Shown: positions 52,194 through 64,000 of the stretch, in pieces
How the letters are laid out: every line of letters starts with the position of its first letter
How positions within the stretch are numbered: the stretch's first letter is position 1
DNA from: Geosiphon pyriformis uo1
Taxonomy: Eukaryota; Fungi; Glomeromycota
Reading direction: 5' to 3'
Assembly: GCA_016748015.1 (NCBI GenBank)
Contig: JAAOMT010000570.1
Location: 4,043-68,042, forward strand
Length of the DNA stretch: 64,000 bases
The notes under the pieces: model-generated
Databases searched by the model: none
The model's input: only the letters and a program-made list of their open reading frames with translations
Told to the model about the DNA's origin: nothing
Translations under genes and position numbers: made by a program

Positions 52194-55100
52194 ATAAAAA
52201 TAGTGACTATTGGAACAATAAGAAAGGACTACTCTTCATATGGAAAAGCACTATTTCAATACTTTCGAAAAGATCTAGGAATACCAACAAAAACCACTTA
52301 CACAGAAAGTGATTTTTGTAACTATATCAATGCAAAAATTGACTGCTTGTTAGGCCGTACAACTGATACAGGAAGACTTGGAGAACAAATCCATCAAAGC
52401 TTACTAGGGCACTCAACAGCCACAACTACCCAAGCAATCGCTGAAACTCTGCATATAATCAATACAGACATTAAATATTACGTGGCACAACAATTCCCTC
52501 AAGTACAACAACCAGTGGAATCCAACCCTAAGAAATATGAAAACGAATCCAACAACCCTGTAACTGCCCAAGCCAAGTCCACAGTCAACAAGAAACCAAG
52601 GGTCCTCTCTCCAATGACTCCATCATACCATTAGACACTCCAAAGTAGAATTGTATTCAACCCACCTCTGGGAACCCAGTCAGAAATACCACAAACTCCT
52701 GGAAATCCACATCCTTGGAATCAACACAGTTGGACCAAATCACTAGGAGAATACAGATCACTGTTTGGAAATCTTATCCCAGCAGCCGGTTAAACAGAAG
52801 GAAACCTGTCAACTTGGGAACAGCCACTAGCACAAAACCTAGCAGAATCAACATCTCCCCTAACAGAAGAAACAGCTATCTTACAACCTATTGGTTTAAG
52901 CAACAAAGGAAAGCAACCAGCATTAGCACCCAGAGAACACTCGAATATGCAGACACCAATCTTTTTAAACATAACCAGTAACACCCCACCCATTAACCGG
53001 ATCATGGCTTACCGGGATATCGCTAAATTGGAAAAATTCTCTGGTGAAGAAGATAACACATATTCTTGGATCATGAATGCCAAAAAAGCAATTACCACTA
53101 ACAGTTGGAACAACGACCACACAATTCAGGTACTGCCGTTCTTTCTGACCAGAACTGCCAATTCGTGGTACCAGAGCCTGGCAGAGAAGCCTATCTCCTT
53201 TACCAAGTTTAAACTTGCATTTCTGCAATACTTCTGTGACCCCAATACATTAATCCGATTGCAGAATCAATTCAGCATAATTAAACAAAAAGATCATAAA
53301 GCAGTAACTACTTATCTCAGACAATTCAATCAAATCCTGCGTCAAATATTAGCTATCAAAAGGGACTACTATACCACGGTGCAAGTTTTTAATCAATTCA
53401 TTAAAGAATTGTGGAGTAGTATTCTAAGATCTATAAGACCCTGCCATCCGACCAGTTTACAAGATGCCATTGCTCTCACTCACAATTTTGAGTCTGCAGA
53501 ACAAGAAGCAAACCATACTCAAACTGTTAATTTAGCCATTAATGGAACCTCTGATATCAATGCAAAGATAACCCAATTGAGTGAGAAACTAACTCAGAAA
53601 ATTGAGGGATTCTTAGCCGGAACTACAGGAACTTACCAACCACCCCAACGGAGAGAAAATAACAACAACAGCAGATACCCACAGCAACAGAACTGTCAGC
53701 AACAGCAACAACCTTGGAGATCCAATCCTCACAACTGTTACTACTGCCAGAAACCTGGACACATCACCCGTAATTGCAAAAGGAAGATCATGGACCAAAA
53801 TCAAGGAAACCCATATCAGCAACCCAGATATCAGCAAAACATAGTATCCCAATATTCCATACTTCAGAATCAACCACCCCTATATGCACAACAAGTCCCG
53901 TACACTCAACCACCGCCCCAAAATTATTATCAACTACCACCAATGACACAAGCAATCCCTTACTATCAAACTTCCCCTTACAGCCCATTCAGACCTTAAG
54001 CTATAGACTATAATCAGGGATGGAGGAATTCCAACAACAATTAGATACAAACCAACAGTGGACCATCTCAACCAATCCCTCACAGTCTTGCCCAATCTTG
54101 ATTAACACCAACTGAATACCCAAATCAAGCTTCCTATCTTGGTCTTATGGAAGACCAGGGTTTTGATAAATCTACACCTGTGGAAAGGGGAAATATAGAA
54201 TGAATCTCCCAACCTTCCAAGCAAACAAAAAGCAATATCCTACCAGCCACTATTACTGAAGACACCACCCTAGCCACCATATTTCCTTTTGACATCGATA
54301 ATTTGAACACTCATAGCCTTTTTAGTGGAGCAGCCATCAATCAGAATAAACCAATAATGGCCCTATACACCGATGCCAGAGTCGGAAAAATAGATATTAA
54401 ATTAATCCTGGATAGTAAATCAGCCGGTAGCATAATCATGAAGCAGCTCATAGACCAACTAGGTCGCTGAGTAGACTGTGCTGCTACCGTCCAGATCATA
54501 ACAGTGGATGGAAACACAAAAACCCTGATAGGAGAAATTGACAACTTCCCTTTCAAGATTAATGAAATCCAAATTTCTACCAAAGTGCTCGTCATGGAAG
54601 CTACTCAATATCAAGCTTTAGTAAAAAACGACTGGTTGTCAAAAGCCAATACTACTCTCGACTAGAACACCCAAGAACTTCAACTCACATTCAATGGACA
54701 GCATGCCCGAGTTCCAGCTACGTGTGAACACTTTAAAACCCAATGTACCGAGGAACCCCTTATTGAATTTGAAGACACATTAATGTCACCAACCATTAAG
54801 ACCTATCAGGTTTCATGGGCAGATGATTATCGAACTGAACTACCCCCACCACCAATCTGAGAAGAAAAAGGAAAAGGCAGAGCCAAAAAAAAACCCCAAT
54901 CATCATCACTAGAATACATAATCTTGGACCAAAGAAACTTATTTTACCAACCCCCAAGACTAATATGTATCAATTATAGAAAAAAACTATCCACTATGAG
55001 TACATGTATTAGGGACAACAAAAAATGGCTTATCACCACCAAATATTATTGCAGATCTTGTTTACTGGAAAGATTTGGACGACCAAAACGACAAAGCAAG

Positions 55101-57989
55101 TGGGACAACACACCGTGCCTTGCATGTGGTAAAATCCTGCCAGATGAAGGACTCTGGAATAATGTGCCTGACAGAAGAGGAACATGTGACAAGGCTTGTC
55201 AATACACCATATTAATCAATGATTGGGTATGAAAGGGAACTCCCATCGAGGACACTTGGAAACAAGCACTCAACAGGCTGGACAGTTATCTACATGATGA
55301 CCATGAAATCTGGAGAATGGCAAGCACCAAGGCCAAAGGCACCACGCCCAAAAAAATACAAGAAATCAAGGACAACCCTTGGATGCCCGAATATAATGGA
55401 CCTGACTACTCTGAGGATGATTTTTTCACAGATGACCCAGATGCATTTCAGAACTGATATCAGGAATTGGCCCTAACTCGCGAAGAACAAAAGCAAAGGT
55501 TGGTCAATTTGAATACCAAACTGTGCGATCACTGTTTGATCCTCTGTCACTTCCAGTATTGTGACAAATATAATCTCATGTTCAATCTGTCTCCAAGAAT
55601 ATTGTTTCCAATCACTGAACTACCTAAGCCCAAAAAAGAGGTATTGATCACTGAGAACATGTCATTTCAAGATCCAACTGAAAATATCGAAACAGAACAG
55701 TATCTCGCATATCCTGACCTATCTAAAGAACTAAAGCTAAAATGGTACAGTGACAACGAGAAAGGAATCTGTTCTAAAAGAGCACATGACACTGATGCTG
55801 GTTTTGACCTACAATATCCTGAACAATTACCCATCATTATAGCTCCACATTCTCTCATAAAAATAGATCTTAAGATAGTGTTAGAAATTCTTGTTAGTAC
55901 AATAGTACAAGTTGCCTTTCAATCTAGTCTAGCCAAGAAAAAAATTGACATAAAAAGAGAAATCATCGATGCCAGTTACACGGGAAACATCATCGTGATG
56001 CTACAGAACAATTCGAACAGACCCTACAAAATAGAATTACAAGAAAAGATTGCCCAAGCTATCTTCCTACTCTTAGTCAAAATACCTTAATTAACCCCGG
56101 TAACAACCTGAGAAGAGTTAGGCCTCATTGCCTGAAGAATCAATGGGTTTGGATCAAATGGAAGAGGAAACGTACCAGTTAATTTCATGGAGGAAGACAG
56201 TGACCAGGTAGAATTTATTAACACCAACACCATCATTTCCATTCCCTCATACTAACAATATATCCTCAAAGTGAATCAAAAAATCCAAGATCAAGCTCTG
56301 TTATTTGAAGCCAGTCCCAAAATCTGTTCCCTAGCCGATGTTACTAATTTATACCTACTGGCCAAAGCCCATAAACACTTCAAAATCTTCATCCACAACC
56401 CAACAGAAGATGTTATTGAAATCTCTGAAGGGACTCTTGTTGGTTCTATCTCCGCAGATATTCAGAATCCTGAAAAACCCCAGTCCATTCCAGATTTTGC
56501 ACAATTATTCTTATTTTGTAAAATTATCTTATAAGTATAGAATTTGCCAAAAGAAAGTTACTTGTTCACACCAGAAGAGATCAATAAATTGAATTTAGGA
56601 AATTTAAGTACCTTACAACAAATGCAACTCAAAGTCCTTCTGAATCAGTATGCCAATGTTTTTGTCAGCAAAAATGAGTTCAGACACATTGACATTGTGA
56701 AGCATCAGATTAATACGGGAGATGTTCGACTGATTAAGCAACAAGCTTACTGCGTATCCTCATCTAGCAATAATCTAATTAAGCAAGAAGTCCAACGGAT
56801 GCTTGATAATGGCCTAATCAAAGAATTGTTAAGCCCTTGGTCCTCACCAGTAGTCTTGGTCACCAAGAAAAATGGAAAAGTGCGATTCTGCGTAGATTAT
56901 TGAAAACTAAATAGCATTATGTAAGGAGATAGTTATCCCACTCCCATCATCCAGGAAATTCTGGACAATCTAGGAAAAAAGAAATGGTTCTTGTCATTAG
57001 ATTTAGCAAGTGGTTACTGGCAAGTTGAAATGGACCCCAAAGACAAAGGAAAAACAGCGTTTACCACTCGAGATGGAAACTTCAAGTTTAACATAATGTC
57101 TTTTGGACTTTGTAATGCTCCTGCCATGTTTCAATGCCTGATGGATGTAATATACAAAGAAATTTTTTGGAAATCAGTAGTAGTCTACCTAGATAACACA
57201 AACATGTTCTCTGAAATATTTGAAGACCATCTGCTCCACCTGCAATAAGTCTTCAAATGCCTTCATAGTGCTGGATTGAAACTCAATCCTGAGAAGTGCT
57301 TCTTTGAAAAAACCGAGTTAAAATTCCTAGGACATGTAATCAGCAAGGACGGAGTTAAACCTGATCCAGATAAAGTACAAAAAGTCAAGGATTTTCCAGC
57401 CCCAATCAACTTCAGAGAATTATGAGGATTTCTAGGATTAACAAGATATTATTGTCGATTTGTCAAAGGTTTCTCGAACATCACAAAACCACTCCATTAA
57501 TTGTTGTCCAAATACATACTGTACTTGTGGAAGAAAGATTAACAGAAAGCATTCGACTATTTCAAGCAGCGATTAATCACATCCCCAATCCTGATTTACC
57601 CAGATTTCACTAAACGGTTCATTGTCACTACAGATGCCTCAAAAAATGCTCTAGGAGCAGTCTTATTATAGATAAGACTGGACAATAAAGAACATCCAAT
57701 TGCCTATACTAGTCGCAACACTAGCCTAACAGAAAAGAATTATAGCACAACAGATCTGGAATGTCTTGCCATTTATTGGACCATACAAACTTGGAAACAT
57801 TACCTCAGTCAACCATTTGACCTATATACTGACCACAAAGAACTTATTTGGTTACTCAACAATCCACAACTAGAAAGAAAATATGCAAGATGGAGTACTT
57901 ATCTGCAACAATTTTCACTCAAAGTCCATTACAAGGAAAGATCCAAGAACACCAATGCCGACAGTTTGTCAAGGATGCCACAAACCTAA
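52194..57989 (+). pseudogene. gag-PR-(Cys-rich)-dUTPase-RT-RNase H polyprotein, single frame with many in-frame stops
   Basis: Gag KLEKFSG..W..ANSWY and CYYCQKPGHITRNC; protease ILDSKSAGS (54405); RT SPWSSPVVLV, LDLASGYWQV, YLDN; [25 protein letters not shown]. All checked motifs start at positions divisible by 3. Confidence 0.93.
55767..56162 (+). other. dUTPase domain within the Gypsy polyprotein
   Basis: All five trimeric-dUTPase motifs in order: DAGFDL, QSSLA (RSS), IIDASYTGNI, KIAQAI, *RINGFGSNG. Confidence 0.9.
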
Positions 57990-57999
57990 TTCCAAACCC

Positions 58000-59367
58000 A
58001 TGAACACACTCACTTATTAATGACTACATCAGTACCTATCGACACTATATTTCAAGGAGATATTATCTCAACAGAAACAGAGTACCATATGAAAACAAGC
58101 CCGAAATTATTTTATTCAAGACAACTAACTATATCAACGAGAATGCCAAAACCACTCCAACCCACAACAACTAATCAAGAACAGTGAAAGAGAAACTATA
58201 CTATATAGTATGCACTCAGATCTGACTGCAGGACACTTTAACAAAGATGCTACTCTTGAAAGAACACTAAACTTATACTATTGGCCAATGATATACAAAG
58301 ACATTTTCGAATACATGCTCAATTGTGACACATGCCAGTGAAGAGGAGGAGCAAAATCAACAGAACCACTTCGACCCATTCCAGTTGAAAATCTATTTGA
58401 TAGAATTGGGATCAATTTGGTTGGACCTCTTTCAATTACATTCTAAGGAAATCGCTATATTGCTGTAGCCATAAACTATCTTACAAAATGGCCAGAAGCC
58501 AGAGCAATCTAAGTGGCCAACACCAAAACAGTTGCCGAATTTGTGCATCAAGACCTAATTTGCCGACATGGATGTCCAAAAAAATTATTATCTGATCAGA
58601 AAACACACTTTGTTAATAATATGCTGACTGAACTAAGCCAATAGTTTGGAATAAAGAGACCCTTATCATCACTATACCACTTACAAACAAATGGACTGGT
58701 AGAACAATTTAACAAAACACTGTGCAAAGCATTAGCAAAAATAAGTCATGAAAACAGACAAGAATGGGACTTATTCATATCTTCTGTACTCTTTGCATAC
58801 CGAACATTGAAACAAAATACAACTTAGTTCACACCATTCAAACTAGTCTATGGAAGAAAAGCTATATTATTGATTGAACAAGTGATACCATTATACCCAA
58901 CAGAAACAATCAATGAAGAGAATTTTGAGGCTACCTTATACCAAAGAACATACCAGCTAATGGAAACATTGGAAAACAATCGAAGAACAGCAGCTGACAA
59001 TATTAGTCACACTCAAAAACAACAAAAAGAAAGACATAATAAATACCTATTAGAACAACCAATGGAATTCAAGATTAGAGACCAAGTATTGTTATATCGT
59101 ACAAAAGCTGAGAAACAGTGGAGTGGAAAGTTTGACCCAAAGTAGGATGGTCCATTCCACATACACGAAGCATTAGGAAATGGAGCTTACAAATTACGAT
59201 TGGAAGACAGAATTTTAAAGAAAGTAGTGCATGGAAATTGGTTAAAAATTTATCATGTAAAACAGGAATCATTGTCATCAGTATCTCAATTAGGAACACA
59301 AATTTCATTAATTAGACCAGAAGATATACCATGAGATCTAGAACCAATCATTGTCATCAAAATGTAG
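58000..59367 (+). pseudogene. Gypsy integrase, in a different frame with its own ATG
   Basis: HSD..AGHF...YYWP...CDTCQ zinc finger; GINLVGP; LLSDQ; YHLQTNGLVE; GPF (GPY/F) motif; ends EPIIVIKM*. Confidence 0.9.
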
Positions 59368-59447
59368 ACAATGGGCAGCAAATTAAATTGGGAAATTCAA
59401 ATATATATAGCATCTAAAAAGCAGCAAGAAACAATAGAAATTTCAAC

Positions 59448-60182
59448 ATGGATCTTTCAGATCAAATTTTAAAATTATCTAAACAATTATTTGAAACAAT
59501 TCAAAAATTGACATCTCAAATAGAAATAACAATTGATAAAAAAAAGATACGATACAAAGATAAAAGCAGGAGAGAGGAGGATAAGAGTTCAATTAGAACT
59601 AAACGTTTTCTCTCCTACCCACCACCCATAAGGCAATGTTGGAAGAAAAATTGCCTTTGGGCAGGAAGTGGAAAAGAAGGAAGCAAAGAATGAGAAAAAG
59701 GTTACAAAAGAAGATACTTGGTCCCCGAGCTTGAAGAAATAAAAGAAGCTTTAGCTCATGAGATCAAACTCCCCAAAACAGAGGAGTGGATACTTGACAA
59801 CGTCCAGGAATGAAAAGAAAGACTTTCTCCAGCTTATTGGTTCTACAAAATTGGAGAACAGCTTGACTTGAAAACATCATACAAAGACCTCAGCCAGAAA
59901 ATGTTCAACAAAGAAGCAATACAACAAGTAGAAAAATTCATAGGGAAAAACAACCTGACCCTACATTACAAAGCAGCATACCGATTATATGCCGTCTTTT
60001 AACATTGCCCAAATGTACTACTGAACAGATCTATGAAAACCATAATGGTTAACAACATAGGACAAATAACCAATCAACAGTTCAAAGACTTACAAAAGGC
60101 AATACTTGAGGCAACAATTGAACATTACATGAACAAAGCCATGATAACAGATACATATGGTTTCACAGGAGCTCAATTTTAA
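59448..60182 (+). pseudogene. Additional ORF3 (~244 codons, 3 internal stops) of unknown function between integrase and PPT
   Basis: One frame from ATG 59448 to TAA 60180-60182 reading ...PAYWFYKIGEQL...YKAAYRLYAVF...VNNIGQITNQQFKDL...FTGAQF*. Confidence 0.7.
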
Positions 60183-60193
60183 AAAGAGAGGGA
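60181..60193 (+). other. Polypurine tract
   Basis: AAAAAGAGAGGGA, 3 nt before the 3' LTR. Confidence 0.9.
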
Positions 60194-60196
60194 TAA

Positions 60197-61274
60197 TGTT
60201 ATCTGAGTAGAAAAACTGATCCAAAGTTATGAAGAAATGTGACCAAAACGTGACATAATACAGAATAATGTGCAATAACATTAGATAATACATTATAATG
60301 TAAGATAACATGTTATAATGCAGGATAACACAGAATAGCGTGCAATAACATAGGATAATGTGTTATAACACAAAATAACACAGAATAACATGTAATAACA
60401 TCAAATAACATGTTATAACATAGGATAACTAGCAATAATATAGAAAAACAAAGCAATAACAGAAACAACAAAGCAATAGCTAGCGATAACAAGACAATTG
60501 AAAGCAATCCTGTAAAACCAAAAGAATGTATAAAAAAAAGTAGTTGTAGAAGTGAGAAAAGACAGACAGATAGATACGAACCTCTAGACCAGAATTAAAA
60601 TATCCATACCCCTTCATTCTTTATTATCTTCCCTATTTCATCTTCTGAAATAAACCAATTATTAAAGAAATCAGAATCATGAATTTATGTTCTCAAACTT
60701 CGTGGAATTTACATAAATTAACCCTTGTTTCATACCTCCATTCTAGAACAGATGTTTTTAACATAACCGCCTCAAATTTATTAACAATTTGGACCAATTG
60801 CTCTTGATCACAGTGATTGACAATACTAATTTATCTTTTCTCTCTTTTCTTTTCTTTTTCTTTTTCTTTCTTTTTCTGTCTTATTTTTGTGGAGCAGCAA
60901 CATAGTAAAATTAACTGTTTGGAAATAGACTTCGTGATAGCCTGGTAAAAGAGGGAAGCTCCCTTTAAGTTTTGGATATTAACATTATTTTGTTAGCTTA
61001 CCAGAAGGGCAAAAAGACAATGCCAGACCCTAATAACTGCACTCGTTAGCTTGGAAAAGAAAGCTCACATTTACAAAAAACGTTGCAATTGACAAAAGAC
61101 AAACTCTGTGCCTTATAACCAAAGAACTCAACAGATAAAATTCACATCCAGGAATAGACCTTCAAAGACTAATAATCAAGACTAAGCCAACAGAATTATG
61201 CGAAAGATGCATCATCAATAATTGAAAGCCCTCAACGTTACCATTTTCCATACCCACCAAGTTTACCCGTAACA
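60197..61274 (+). repeat. 3' LTR
   Basis: Direct repeat of 51055-52137. Confidence 0.96.
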
Positions 61275-61278
61275 ACGT

Positions 61279-64000
61279 TGAAATGTGTAGAATCTCTAAG
61301 AGCCAAGAAAGCAAACATCAGATCTGCTATAGATAAAAGAATGGAGAGCTTTGAAACAAATAAGAATTATACTATCAGAAGTGTATTGGAGTGTTTATTT
61401 CACAAGATGGTGCTTGACCATCTGGTTGTCAATGATGAGCTGGTTTTAAAGCCTGGTTTGGTTAAGTCTAAGGTAGATACAATTATGGAGGATTGAACTT
61501 GGAAACGTCGGACTGTTCCTAATGTTTCTAGTGAGTAGTGTTATCAGTATTAGTCTTTGGAATATGTTTTTGATGGTGCTTTTTCTGGTGTAATGTATGC
61601 AATTGGATTTGATAAATTTTTTGGAGTGGTGTCTAATCTGTCTGATGGCAAAGCTGCCAGTCTTTCGGGTATCTCAAATGAACTTTAAAAGCATTGCAAT
61701 AAATCTGTTCTGGACATGCTCTTGGTACTTTTGAATTCATGTTTGGTTGATGAATTGGTACCCAGTTCTTGGAAGAAGGCTTGGGTCTCAATAATTCCCA
61801 AACTTTATAAGTAGGAAGGTGTTCTGACAAATACTTGTTTTATTGCTTTGATTGAGACAGCTCGCAAGATTCTTTCCAAGATTTTTTCTGATAGGATCTT
61901 CTCAGCTTGTAATACTTATGATGTTCTTCATGGTAATAATTTTTTGGTTTTAAAGAGCATGAAAACTCAGTCTCCAATTTTTGCAATTGGATCAGTCATT
62001 GAAGATGCTTTGGAGAAAGACCAGGAGCTCTGGCTAGTTCTGCAGAACATGCAGAAGACATATGATTTGGTGGACTGGAAACATCTTGAGAAAAGTTTAG
62101 TCAGGATTAAGATGTGTGACAGATTCATTTGATTTTTTGGTAGTATCCATAGAGATCATACCAACCAAGTTATGACAGACTTTGGTTTGACAGATGGTTA
62201 TCATGTACATGATAAACTGAATCAAGGAAAAATTTTCTCCCCTCTTTTGTGGTGTATATTTTATGACCCTCTGTTGTGTGAAGTCAAATGTTAAGAGAGT
62301 GTATGTGAGTACAAAATCAATTCTTACTTTATTTCTAAAAGTGGTCGCACTGAATCTTGGGCTGGGTTTTCTTCTTTTCTTGCTGCTGGCGCCTTTGTTA
62401 ACAATGCAATTTGGGTTGGCAGTAGTTAGAATACTACCCAACACATTCTTGATGTTGCTAGTGAATTTTTCCAGATTAATAACATTTCGATCAATAATGA
62501 CAAAACTGTGGCTATTCTCATCAATAGTAGAGTCAGTCACTTATCTCTTTTTATCAATGGTTCACCCATTTCTGTAATCCATAAAAAAGAATCTCATTGG
62601 TATTTTGGTATCTTTCTGTCAACTGAAGGTCTTTCTAAGCCTAGTTTGGCTAAGACACATTTGAATATTTGTTTCTTTACTAATTTGGTCTTAAAAAAGG
62701 CTGTTTCAGATAAGCAGTTCTTGTATTTGGTTTTGGCAGTTCTCCATCCTATAGTTGGCTACAAAACACAGTTTAGCTTTATTCCTATTAGTGTTTGCAA
62801 CAAATAGGATGCTTTGATTTACAAGGGCTTAAAACTGAAATCTGGTCTTCTACTTAATTTTCCTAGTGATACAATTCACCATCCTTTCTTTTATGGTTTA
62901 AAGTTCTTTTCACAATGTCAGTCTGAAAGTAAGATTGCTTCACTTATCAGCTTTACAAACTCTGGTGGGATTCTGGATCATTTGTTCAGCCACAGGTCTC
63001 ATAATTTACAAGTTCTATGTTGGTGTCTCCTCTATCCATTGAGTTCTCCTGTTCACATTTGTGTTAATGCTTCCAATAATTTTTTGTCAGGTATGGTTCG
63101 CATTCTTTGTGACTGCAATTTGTCTTTGGGTGGCTCTTTGGCCAGCTCTTTTCGACTTCATGATGGGGTGCCTATATCTACTGTTTTGGGCAAGTCTCTG
63201 TTTTTCAAGTTTTTGCCTTCTCTCCAGCATTATGGCATAGCCTTTATGGACCAGCTTTGTGATTATCATGGTGATGTCTTTAACTAGTGCACTTTTAAGT
63301 AGTGGAAGAAACTGGGCCCTTGTGGGCCAGTTTCTGATTGTTCAAGATCTCTGTTGTATTTCTTATTGGTTTGCCCCCTTCTTCTCCAGCTTTAAGTAGT
63401 GTTGGCTCTCTGAATATTTGTGAGTTCAGTGATTTTGTGTCTATTTGCAATTGTCTTTTTCATGTTGGCTCTGATAGTCTGTCTGTTTATACGGATAGTT
63501 TCCTTAAGAATTTGGGCATGATTGGGTGTCAGGCTGATGCTGTTGTCTTTTTTGAGGACATTAATTTGGATTTGAGTGTCAGTGTTTGCGGTTTGGTATC
63601 ATCTACTTTGGCAAAGTTACAGGCTATCACCTTGGCCCTGGAGTGTGTACTCAGGTCTTGCTCTGTTTGCTTGTTTTCAGATAGTCAAGCTGCTTTGGAT
63701 GCTTGTAAATCAGAGCTAAATTTGATGCATCCTGACTTTTGCAATTGGTGTTGGGTTGAGCATCAGCATATCAGTAATATTATTTACAGCAAAAACTTAA
63801 GAATCACCTGGCGCAAGGTCAAGAGTCACTCTGGTATTTTGGAGAATAACTGTGCTAACAGTCTCGCTGATACTGCTTCTCTTTCTGGGTGGTTTCTTTC
63901 TCCTCATGTAAGTGAACATTTTTTGGTGGCCAATGGTGATATAGTCTCTGGTAATTCTAGGCACTTTGTTCAGGATGTGTTTTGTGCTGTCTGTCATGTG
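61279..64000 (+). pseudogene. LINE ORF2 3' part: reverse transcriptase and RNase H
   Basis: IALIETARK, LQNMQKTYD (from D..KAYD), QG..FSPLLW, AFVNN (from FVDD, 62391); RNase H VYTDS, STLAKLQAI, FSDSQAAL, KVKSHSG (63485-63860). Confidence 0.9.

Larger units (their letters stand above)
51055..61274 (+). mobile_element. Full-length Ty3/Gypsy LTR retrotransposon (10,220 bp) with 4-bp TSD ACGT
   Basis: TGTTA...TAACA termini; ACGT at 51051-51054 and 61275-61278; two ~1.08-kb LTRs; PBS; PPT; PR-RT-RH-IN order. Confidence 0.97.
48005..64000 (+). mobile_element. Non-LTR retrotransposon (LINE: ORF1 plus APE-RT-RNase H ORF2), degenerate, split by a Gypsy insertion at 51055-61274, running off the window end
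   Basis: ORF2 reads KSYCT|LKCVESLRAK continuously once the insertion and one TSD copy are removed; 5' boundary approximate. Confidence 0.92.

Overview
Very AT-rich, intron-containing fungal genomic DNA. The gene and transposon families suggest Glomeromycotina/Mucoromycota (inference only). Bases 1-16.4 kb are mostly intergenic and microsatellite-rich, with a 3-exon SAM methyltransferase, an assembly gap, a Tc1 relic, an F-box-like gene and a small tandem zinc-finger gene. Bases 17-24 kb are a nest of heavily C>T/G>A-mutated Gypsy-type LTRs and internal sequence, with a full-length Tc1/mariner inserted in it. Bases 25.9-40.1 kb hold the main gene-level surprise: five two-exon metallothionein (MT) genes, three of them missed by the ORF track, all with a phase-2 intron and built from shuffled Cys modules, interleaved with a DUF7918-like gene and a 3-repeat Myb gene. 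Bases 40.6-46.8 kb carry a long Rrg9/neugrin-like gene with a duplicated HTH core, SDO1/SBDS and the meiotic gene HOP2. From 48 kb to the end is an APE-RT-RNase H LINE, split by a complete 10.2-kb Ty3/Gypsy element with an ACGT TSD. That element has an unusual layout: gag-PR-Cys-rich domain-dUTPase-RT-RH, a separately framed integrase ORF, and an extra ORF of unknown function before the PPT. All exon structures were read by eye and are unverified by RNA data.
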